IMG/VR virus record: IMGVR_UViG_3300013883_000001
Reading direction: 5' to 3' (one strand)
DNA: 35,747 nt
Source: a virus
How positions within the stretch are numbered: the stretch's first letter is position 1; the number at the start of each line of letters is the position of its first letter. Shown here in pieces: positions 15,181 through 22,519 of this stretch. The notes beneath the pieces are model-generated. The model made no database searches. It was not told the DNA's origin and was given only the letters and a program-made list of their open reading frames with translations. A program made the translations under genes and the position numbers.

Positions 15181-15564
15181 ATGGAAATTTCTTTCACAGT
15201 CCCCGGCAGACCCGTCCCGGCTGCCAGGATGACTAGGCGGGGGAAATTCGTAAAGAAAAATGCTCAGCGTTACCTGGCATATAAAGACATGGTGCGCTGG
15301 ACGGCATGGGACGTAATGAGACAAGCCGGGATATCTCCCTTGGAGGGACCTGTTGGTGTAGAAGTACATGCTTACATTGCCGGCGGGAGAATGGGGGATT
15401 TAGACAATATTGAAAAAGCAATTTTCGATGGTATGAATGGCATTGTTTGGCATGACGACAGGCAGATAGAGGAGGTACATGCCTACAGGCACAAGGGTAA
15501 GCCCCAGAGAACGGAAGTCCGAGTATGGCTGTTGAAGGGGGAAAGGGAAAATGAAGTGTCCTAG
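15181..15564 (+). CDS. rusA: RusA-family Holliday junction resolvase
   Basis: FTVPGRPVPAARMT..., GDLDNIEKAIFDGMNGIVWHDDRQI (catalytic Asp cluster typical of RusA). Confidence 0.85.
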   Translation: MEISFTVPGRPVPAARMTRRGKFVKKNAQRYLAYKDMVRWTAWDVMRQAGISPLEGPVGVEVHAYIAGGRMGDLDNIEKAIFDGMNGIVWHDDRQIEEVHAYRHKGKPQRTEVRVWLLKGERENEVS

Positions 15565-15671
15565 ATGTGGTGGAGAGTTGTTTCAGGTTTATTTTCGGGG
15601 ATGAAGTTGAACGCTGGCGTTGCATGAAGTGTGAGATTGTTTTCTGGCTGCAAGTAGGAGGAGGGCAGTAG
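15551..15671 (+). pseudogene. 4-Cys zinc-ribbon mini-gene interrupted by a +1 frame break at a G4 run
   Basis: Frame a: MKCPRCGGELFQVYFRG-TGA (15602..15604). Frame a+1 from 15600: DEVERWRCMKCEIVFWLQVGGGQ-TAG. Removing one G of GGGG (15597..15600) gives a 39-aa CPRC-x16-CMKC ribbon. Confidence 0.6.
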
Positions 15672-15673
15672 AA

Positions 15674-15931
15674 GTGGATATATTTCCTAAACCGCCTCAA
15701 GAACTAGAAGGATATCGCTTTATGGGTTATGCCATTTACGCTGATTATTTTTATGAGATTACCATGTGGGAAGACAAAAACGGGAATCGAGTCCAAGTTT
15801 ATAGGGGAAAACACGGGGAACATATTGCCAGAACGGCAGAGGAACAGTACGCAATCTACAGATTGTATGGAATACCTGAGCCTTATCCGGAATCTGATTT
15901 AAGGCATGAGATTCAAGGAAGTTTGTTTTAA
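15674..15931 (+). CDS. hypothetical protein
   Basis: GTG 9 nt after GGAGGAGGG. 85 aa, Tyr-rich; no motif recognised. Confidence 0.55.
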   Translation: MDIFPKPPQELEGYRFMGYAIYADYFYEITMWEDKNGNRVQVYRGKHGEHIARTAEEQYAIYRLYGIPEPYPESDLRHEIQGSLF

Positions 15932-15958
15932 GGCAAAACCGAGAGGGGAGGAGAGCAG

Positions 15959-16465
15959 TTGAGCAGAAAAAAAGCTAACTGGTATCAGCAGACAGAATCC
16001 TTGCTTTATAATTATAAGAGTTTTAAAATTCGCATCATGGCTCTTATGCAGCAGGTTGATACTGTGAAAGAGCAGCTTATACCTAGAATTGGGCCTGTAT
16101 ACGAACTCAGAGAAGGCACGAATTACAGTATATCCTCCCCAGTTGAAAAAGCAGTTATTGAACGTATTGAAGGAGATACTATTCAGAAGCTTGAACGCAA
16201 AATAAAGAATCTGGAGACTCTGAAGGAGATAGTTGAGATATCAGTTGATATTATGTTGAGTGATTTTGAACGGAAAATAGTGGATATAGCATATAACAAA
16301 GAAGAACCCTGGCAAAATGCATGTAAGATACTTAACATTGAAAAAAGTGCCTATTATGAACATCGAAAAAGAATAGTGCGAAAATTAGCCTGGTGCTTTG
16401 GATATTTGCCAGATGATGAGTTTGATTACAAAGAATTTATAGACGCCGGAATAAACCCGGAATAA
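15959..16465 (+). CDS. late-gene transcriptional activator, RinA/ArpU/sigma-region-4-like
   Basis: TTG after GGGGAGGAG. TESLLYNYKSFKIRIMAL near the N-terminus and a C-terminal HTH-like ERKIVDIAYNKEEPWQNACKILNIEKSAYYEHRKRIVRKLA. Position immediately upstream of the packaging genes. Confidence 0.6.
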   Translation: MSRKKANWYQQTESLLYNYKSFKIRIMALMQQVDTVKEQLIPRIGPVYELREGTNYSISSPVEKAVIERIEGDTIQKLERKIKNLETLKEIVEISVDIMLSDFERKIVDIAYNKEEPWQNACKILNIEKSAYYEHRKRIVRKLAWCFGYLPDDEFDYKEFIDAGINPE

Positions 16466-16498
16466 AACCGGAATAAAACCGGAATAACTCAGGAATAA
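16448..16498. repeat. five GGAATAA boxes spaced exactly 11 bp apart
   Basis: Boxes start at 16448, 16459, 16470, 16481 and 16492. The first two overlap the last codons and stop of the activator gene. Confidence 0.9.
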
Positions 16499-16539
16499 TT
16501 TTGTTGTTCTATGGTTTATACTGGTAGAAAGAAAATCTG

Positions 16540-16566
16540 GCCTCGCAGGAGCGGGGCTTTTATTTT
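16540..16566 (+). terminator. Rho-independent terminator
   Basis: GCCTCGC-AGGA-GCGGGGC (7-bp stem with one G.U) followed by TTTTATTTT. Confidence 0.7.
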
Positions 16567-16618
16567 GGCAGGAAAAATCTCCCTTTTGCCGAAGTGAGTA
16601 GGTGAAAGGAGGAAAATT

Positions 16619-16711
16619 ATGAAAGAAATAACAATACTAATATCATTGGAAGCACTAAATTTGATAAGTGATGAAATAGGAAAAGATTTACGAAAAGATT
16701 TACAAGATTAG
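16619..16711 (+). CDS. 30-codon leader ORF with strong SD
   Basis: GAAAGGAGGA, 7 nt, then ATG. MKEITILISLEALNLISDEIGKDLRKDLQD. Contains a 12-bp tandem repeat GAAAAGATTTAC x2 (16680..16703). Protein expression is unproven. Confidence 0.35.
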   Translation: MKEITILISLEALNLISDEIGKDLRKDLQD

Positions 16712-16731
16712 AGCCTCCGGGCTCTTTTTTA
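16710..16731 (+). terminator. Rho-independent terminator overlapping the leader-ORF stop
   Basis: AGAGCC-TCCG-GGCTCT followed by TTTTTATTT. The TAG stop (16709..16711) lies in the 5' arm. Confidence 0.65.
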
Positions 16732-16746
16732 TTTGGAGTGATTACC

Positions 16747-17097
16747 ATGCCTAGACGTCTACCAACGCCATGCAACTTCCCAGGCTGCCCAGCTTTATCC
16801 CATGAACGCTTCTGCGAGAAACACAAGAAGCAGGAAAGAAAGCGGCAGGATAGCAGGAGAGGAACCAGCGCTCAACGTGGTTATGACTATCGCTGGCAGA
16901 AGATACGCAAGCTGGTGCTAATGGAAGAGCCGCTCTGTCGTGAATGCTTGAAGCATGGACGGGTTAAAGCAGCCCAGCATGTTGACCATATCGACGGCAA
17001 CGTTAGGAACATTAGCAGGGAGAACCTGCAGCCGCTGTGTGCTTCATGTCATAGCAGAAAGACTGTAAAAGAGGATGGAGGGTTTGGGAATGGCTAG
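16747..17097 (+). CDS. HNH endonuclease (packaging-associated type)
   Basis: CPALSHERFCEKH..., HVDHIDGNVRNISRENLQPLCASCHSRKT. Located just upstream of terS/terL, as in HNH-dependent cos phages. Confidence 0.85.
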   Translation: MPRRLPTPCNFPGCPALSHERFCEKHKKQERKRQDSRRGTSAQRGYDYRWQKIRKLVLMEEPLCRECLKHGRVKAAQHVDHIDGNVRNISRENLQPLCASCHSRKTVKEDGGFGNG

Positions 17098-17272
17098 CGT
17101 GGTGGCTGTTGTTAATAAGTTTAATGCCTGGATAGCAATGAGAAAGAGCACGGCACGAATACTCCAGACGATGGACTTGTTAAACGAATTGAGTGATAGG
17201 GACCTTAGAGATATAGCGGAATACGCGAATGAACTGGTCAAGCTGCGTAAGAGTAGGGGTAGGGCGGGGTAA
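17090..17272 (+). CDS. hypothetical protein (60 aa)
   Basis: ATG 17090 follows GAGGATGGAGGG and overlaps the HNH stop by 8 nt. Helical sequence; no motif recognised. Confidence 0.5.
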   Translation: MASVVAVVNKFNAWIAMRKSTARILQTMDLLNELSDRDLRDIAEYANELVKLRKSRGRAG

Positions 17273-17354
17273 ATCTCTGTAGTCCTGGCGCGCTAGACCG
17301 CGCGGGCAGTCTCGAAAAAGATTTCGCAAGTTTTCAGAAAGGAGGTTGTCTAAA

Positions 17355-17837
17355 ATGGGGAAAAGAGGACCAGCACCAAAGCCTACTGTTCTTCGCATTT
17401 TGGAGGGCAATCCAAGTAAGCGGCCTTTGCCTCAGAACGAGCCTAAGCCTGCGCCAGTTATCGAAACACCTAACCCTCCTTCCTGGATGAATACAGAAGG
17501 GAAGAAAATGTGGAAGAGGCGTTTTCCTGAACTTAAGAGGATAGGGCTTATTACATCTGTTGATATAGAATCCTTTGCTATTCTCTGCCAATCCTGGGGT
17601 GAGTATGTGGAAGGGATTAAAGATATAAAGAAGAATGGCAAGTATTACATTTACACAAACAAGGCTGGAGCGTCGAACGAAGTTGAACGTCCCGTTGTTA
17701 GAGCCACACATAGAGCCTTTGAGCGTTATAAGACTATGTGTGCCGAGTTTGGGATAACGCCAGCAAGTAGAACGAGGATAGAGATTAAACCTATAGAAAC
17801 AGAAGAAGATCCAATGGAGATGTTGTTAAGCAAGTAG
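17355..17837 (+). CDS. terS: terminase small subunit, P27 family
   Basis: ATG 17355 after AAAGGAGG. MGKRGPAPKPTVLRILEGNPSKRP and ...FGITPASRTRI are P27-family hallmarks. Confidence 0.85.
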   Translation: MGKRGPAPKPTVLRILEGNPSKRPLPQNEPKPAPVIETPNPPSWMNTEGKKMWKRRFPELKRIGLITSVDIESFAILCQSWGEYVEGIKDIKKNGKYYIYTNKAGASNEVERPVVRATHRAFERYKTMCAEFGITPASRTRIEIKPIETEEDPMEMLLSK

Positions 17838-17846
17838 GTGGTAATA

Positions 17847-19476
17847 ATGTTTTTTTGATAAAGAGAAGGCTGACAGAGCCTTAACTTTCATAAAGCAATT
17901 AAAACACACTAAGGGACTCTGGAAAGGAGTTCCTTTTACTGTACTGCCCTGGCAGGAACAGGCTGTAAAAGATATATTCGGAACTGTCCGTGAAAATGGC
18001 TATAGGCAGTACAACACGGCATATTTGGAAGTGCCAAAAAAAATGGGCAAGAGTGAATTCGGCGCAGCAATTGCGTTGTATTGCCTTTGTGCTGATGGTG
18101 AATGGGCAGCAGAGGTGTATGGCTGCGCAGCAGATAGGCAAAATGCCAGTATTATTTATGATGTAGCCGTGGACATGGTAGATCAAAACCCTGTTTTGAA
18201 GAAAAAAATAAAGCTGGTACTATCTCAGAAGCGTATGGTTTACATGCCTACCCGGTCCTATTATCAGGTGCTAAGCGCAGAAGCGTACAGTAAACATGGA
18301 TACAATGTGCACGCTGTTATATTTGATGAACTTCACGCACAGCCCGACAGGAAACTTTTTGACGTAATGACTGAGGGAAGTGGTGATGCAAGGGCGCAAC
18401 CGCTATATTTTCTCATAACAACAGCCGGGGATGATGCTAACCGCACATCAATTGGCTGGGAAGTACACCAGACGGCGGTTGATGTTCTTACAGGGGTTAA
18501 ATATGACCCTACTTTTTATGCCATGATATTTGGGCTAGATAGGGAGAATAAGCGTATCTGGAAAGGACGAGAGTTTGAGACAATAGACGAGAACCTGGAA
18601 GATGAAGAAATATGGCGCAAAGTTTGGACAGATAAAAAGGTATGGGAAAAGGTTAATCCTAGTATAGGTCATACCGTTTCTTGGGAGAGGGTAAATGATC
18701 AATTCACCCGTGCTAATGGCAACCTAGCAAAGGAAAAGAACTTCCGCTGGCTACGTCTAAATAGTTGGGAAAAAACGAATACAACAAAATGGCTAGGACT
18801 GGACTTCTGGGATCGTTGCAAAGGAAAAATAAACATTGAACAGTTGGAGGGCAGGCCGTGTTATGGAGGGCTCGACCTCTCAAGCAAGATAGACATGACA
18901 TCTTTTGTTTTGCTGTTCCCTCCAGACGACATAAACAAGAAATGGTTGGTTTTGCCCTGGTTCTGGGTTCCGGAAGACCGTATTCAAGAACGAGTAGAGA
19001 TAGATAAAGTCCCTTACGACATTTGGGAGAAGCAGGGATACTTACAGACAACGCCCGGTAATGTTATAGACTATGCGTTCATTGAGCAGCAAATTCTTGA
19101 TTTAGCTGACAAATATCGCATACAGGAAATTGGCTATGACCCCTGGAATGCAATGCAGACAGCAATCAGGTTGGAGGACAACGGTCTCACTTGTGTAGAG
19201 GTAAGGCAAGGTTTTAAAACTATGTCTCCTGCTATGAAAGAGATAGAACAGTTGGTAAGAGGCAAGAAGATGCTTCATAACGGGCATCCAATTTTGCGCT
19301 GGAATGTCAGCAACGTAGAAATAAAGCAGGACGAAAACGAGAACATCAGGCCAGTTAAAGGTAAAGGCACAGAACGCATTGACGGCATAATTGCCCTGAT
19401 TAATGCTATGGCTAGAGCTATGCTCCATGAGGATCATACTAGCGTATACGAAGAAAGGGGGCTGGTGACCCTTTGA
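17847..19476 (+). CDS. terL: terminase large subunit (Terminase_1 type); needs a +1 shift after codon 3
   Basis: ATG 17847 (SD AGGTGG) reads ATG TTT TTT TGA. The conserved N-terminus FDKEKADRALTFIKQLKHTKGLWKGVPFTVLPWQ..., Walker A PKKMGKSE and Walker B VIFDELH are in the +1 frame, open from 17848 to 19476. Confidence 0.85.
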
Positions 19477-21437
19477 GAGTAAAAATCCCTTTCACAAATA
19501 GATACTTAGAACTACGAACGTCCCTAGCAAATCCCGACAAATGGTTAATAGATTGGTTCTCAGGAGGTGGCAAATCAGCCTCCGGCGTAACCGTCAACGA
19601 AAACACGGCCCTCAATGCAACAGCGGTATTCTCCGCCGTTGACATTTTAAGCCGTACTTTGGCATCGCTTCCATTACCGGTTTATAAGCGGCTGCAGGGA
19701 GGCGGCAAGGAACGGGCAACTAATCACCCGCTTTATAGTATTTTGCACAATCTGCCCAACCGGGAGATGACCAGCTTCGAGCTTCGGCAAGCCCTGATGG
19801 GGCATTTGGCGTTATGGGGCAATGCCTTCGCCGAGATTGAGCGCGACAATGCAGGCCGGGTAATCGGCCTCTGGCCCCTGCGTCCCGACCGCATGACTGT
19901 TAAGCGTGATGAACGAGGGCTTTTGTATATATACCGCATTGGCACGACTGGGCAAGAAGTGGCCCTGCGGCAGAGAAACGTAATGCATATTCGCGGGTTA
20001 TCCAGCGATGGCGTCATCGGTTATTCTCCGATTCGGTTGGCGCGGGAAGCTATCGGGTTGACCCTGGCTACGGAGGAATTCGGGGCGCGGTTCTTCGGTA
20101 ATGGCAGCCGTCCAGGAGGAGTACTCCAACATCCAGGCAAACTGAGCGAGGAAGCCTCCAAGCGGCTTAAAAAATCGTGGGAAGAAATGCACCAGGGCCT
20201 CACTCAGGCGCATAGGGTGGCCATTTTGGAAGAGGGGATGACCTGGCAGCAAGTTGGCATCCCTCCTGAAGATGCCCAGTTTCTGGAGACGAGAAAATTC
20301 CAGGTCACTGAAATCGCCCGGATTTTTCATGTGCCTCCGCATATGCTGGCGGACTTAGAACGCAGTACATTTTCAAATATAGAACATCAGGGTATAGAGT
20401 TCGTGGTTCATACAATGCGGCCCTGGCTAGTGTGTTGGGAACAAGCCATGTACCGCGACCTGTTTTTGCCGACTGAGCGACAGACCTACTTCACTGAATT
20501 CCTTGTTGACGGCCTTCTTCGTGGCGATACCGAAAGCCGCTACCGTGCCTATGCGACCGGTAGGCAGTGGGGTTGGCTTTCGGCAAATGATGTCCGCGAG
20601 CTTGAAAACATGAACCCCGTTGAGGGAGGAGATACCTACTTGATTCCGCTGAACATGATTCCGGCGGACACAGCAGGAAGTGCTCCGCAACCGCCAGAAG
20701 GAACAGGGCAGAGGTCAGAAAAGCGAAGCATGCCAGCAAGAGCTAAAAGACCAGAACAGTATTATCGTGTGTTCAAGTCTGCCACTGAAAGGTTGGTGAA
20801 ATGGGAAGCCAGCGAGATCAGGAGCCTTGTCAGGAAACACCTCGCACGGAGCACGAGAGACATAAACACGTTTAACATTGAGCTAGATGCTTGGTACTCG
20901 AAAGATACGACCAAAGAGCGGATCAGGAAATATATGCTTCCGGTCATAGCCTCATATGCTTCTGTTATCGCTGCTGATGCCCAGGAGGAGGTAGGCAACG
21001 AACTGGCTGCCGGTTGGGCAGACGTACAGGCTAATGGATACACGGAAATATATGTCCGAGACCACATAGATAACTCAAAGGGACAAATACAGGCTTTGGC
21101 GAGAAAGCAAGAGCCGGAAGTTGCGATAAATGAGAGACTTGACGAGTGGGGAGAGAAACGGCCAGACAAAATCGCAAAATGGGAAACTGTCAATGCGGCT
21201 GGTGTATTCGCAAGGTTGGCGTTCGCTGCTTTGGGGATTAAATATTTGCGCTGGCGGAATGGAACAAACCCTTGCCCGTACTGCAAAAGCATGGACGGTA
21301 AGGTAGTGGGCATTGACAGCGCATTTACGCTTGGGAATGTGGAAGCTGAAGGAGAGCCGCCGATGAGGCTTTTTAGGAACCCGAAGAACCCGCCGCTGCA
21401 TGAGGGTTGTTCTTGCTTTATCGAACCGTCACGATGA
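19473..21437 (+). CDS. portal protein (HK97 family) fused to a Mu F / SPP1 gp7-like head-morphogenesis domain
   Basis: The N-terminal ~400 aa carry portal patterns (NENTALNATAVFSAVDILSRTLASLPLPVY, FLETRKFQVTEIARIFHVPPHML, NDVRELENMNPVEGGD). The C-terminal ~220 aa end in WRNGTNPCPYCKSMDGKVV...PPLHEGCSCFIEP, the MuF signature. Confidence 0.8.
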   Translation: MRVKIPFTNRYLELRTSLANPDKWLIDWFSGGGKSASGVTVNENTALNATAVFSAVDILSRTLASLPLPVYKRLQGGGKERATNHPLYSILHNLPNREMTSFELRQALMGHLALWGNAFAEIERDNAGRVIGLWPLRPDRMTVKRDERGLLYIYRIGTTGQEVALRQRNVMHIRGLSSDGVIGYSPIRLAREAIGLTLATEEFGARFFGNGSRPGGVLQHPGKLSEEASKRLKKSWEEMHQGLTQAHRVAILEEGMTWQQVGIPPEDAQFLETRKFQVTEIARIFHVPPHMLADLERSTFSNIEHQGIEFVVHTMRPWLVCWEQAMYRDLFLPTERQTYFTEFLVDGLLRGDTESRYRAYATGRQWGWLSANDVRELENMNPVEGGDTYLIPLNMIPADTAGSAPQPPEGTGQRSEKRSMPARAKRPEQYYRVFKSATERLVKWEASEIRSLVRKHLARSTRDINTFNIELDAWYSKDTTKERIRKYMLPVIASYASVIAADAQEEVGNELAAGWADVQANGYTEIYVRDHIDNSKGQIQALARKQEPEVAINERLDEWGEKRPDKIAKWETVNAAGVFARLAFAALGIKYLRWRNGTNPCPYCKSMDGKVVGIDSAFTLGNVEAEGEPPMRLFRNPKNPPLHEGCSCFIEPSR

Positions 21438-21451
21438 AAGGAGTGATTTAA

Positions 21452-22447
21452 ATGCCGGCAATACCGGTACACCATACACCAACTACCGACAGGTCATGGG
21501 ATGGGCCAGGCAATGTTGCAAAGCTGAAAAACGACGAAACAGCGGCATATTACCGCAAGATGTTTGCTTGGGTTGACTCGGAGGCAGATCCTGACACTAA
21601 ATCAGCTTATAAATTTCCCCATCATGAAGTTGATGCAAACGGCAACATCGGCGCGGCTAATGTGAGGGGATGTATCGCCGGTATAGCAGCACTTAATGGC
21701 GCAAGAACCCCCACTGATATTCCTGAATCAGATTATCAAGGGGTGTATAACCACCTGGCAGCGCACCTGCGAGACGCAGATGTTGAACCGCCGGAGCTGA
21801 AACGTTCAGGGAATAGTAAGGTTGAACATAGGTCCTTTACATTAGGCAATATTGAAATAAGAGCCGGAGAACAGGAACAGCCCAAAATCGTAGGACATGC
21901 AGCTGTTTTTAACACATTGTCAGAGGATTTAGGATTTTACCGAGAAAAAATCGCACCAGGTGCTTTTGCAAAGACTATTCAAGAGGCCGACGTTAGAGCA
22001 TTATTTAACCATGACCCCAATTTTGTGCTAGGAAGAACAAAAAGCGGTACATTGAAACTCGAAGAAGACGAAAAAGGTCTCTGGGTTGAAATTACACCGC
22101 CAAATACCCAATGGGCACGAGACTTGATGGAAGTAATGCGCCGAGGAGACGTCGACCAAATGTCCTTCGGATTTTCGGTGGTAAAGGAAGAATGGGAAGG
22201 GGAAGCAGAAAATCCTATACGAGTCCTGAAAGAAGTTAGGCTGTATGATGTTAGCCCTGTAGTGTTCCCTGCATATCCGGCAACGGACGTGCAAGTGCGT
22301 TCGTTGTTGAATATATTAAGAGACTATCTCCCCAATGCCGAGCCGGGCCTGGATGCTCACTCGGCGGACACTGGCACTGATGGTAAGGTCCTGGCTGACC
22401 TTGTCCTGAAGCGCAAGCGACTGGAGATAGCCGAAAAAGAGCTATAA
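21452..22447 (+). CDS. prohead protease, HK97 family (S78), with ~125-aa N-terminal extension
   Basis: IVGHAAVFN, ALFNHDPNFVLGRT, DQMSFGF in the C-terminal two thirds. N-terminal YKFPHHEVDANGNIGAANVRGC segment of unknown role. Confidence 0.8.
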   Translation: MPAIPVHHTPTTDRSWDGPGNVAKLKNDETAAYYRKMFAWVDSEADPDTKSAYKFPHHEVDANGNIGAANVRGCIAGIAALNGARTPTDIPESDYQGVYNHLAAHLRDADVEPPELKRSGNSKVEHRSFTLGNIEIRAGEQEQPKIVGHAAVFNTLSEDLGFYREKIAPGAFAKTIQEADVRALFNHDPNFVLGRTKSGTLKLEEDEKGLWVEITPPNTQWARDLMEVMRRGDVDQMSFGFSVVKEEWEGEAENPIRVLKEVRLYDVSPVVFPAYPATDVQVRSLLNILRDYLPNAEPGLDAHSADTGTDGKVLADLVLKRKRLEIAEKEL

Positions 22448-22470
22448 CTATTAAATAACAAAAGGCAACT

Positions 22471-22497
22471 AACCGCCAAACACGGCGGTTTTTTTGT
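22471..22497 (+). terminator. Rho-independent terminator/attenuator between protease and capsid genes
   Basis: AACCGCC-AAACAC-GGCGGTT followed by TTTTTGTT. The outer GGCAAC/GTTGCC can extend the stem. Confidence 0.7.
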
Positions 22498-22519
22498 TGC
22501 CCAAAAAGGAGGAATCAAT

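Noticed and set aside
17856-17861. UGA reassignment (code 4/25) as an explanation for the terL and zinc-ribbon interruptions
   Set aside because: In terL the TGA is immediately followed by TAA in the same frame. Many genes here use TGA at sensible ends (ATGA couplings), so recoding of UGA to an amino acid does not rescue the ORF.
20762-21475. 237-aa minus-strand ORF opposite the portal C-terminal (MuF) domain
   Set aside because: The sense strand carries the MuF signature. The antisense translation is Ser/Leu/Ala-rich with no start context.
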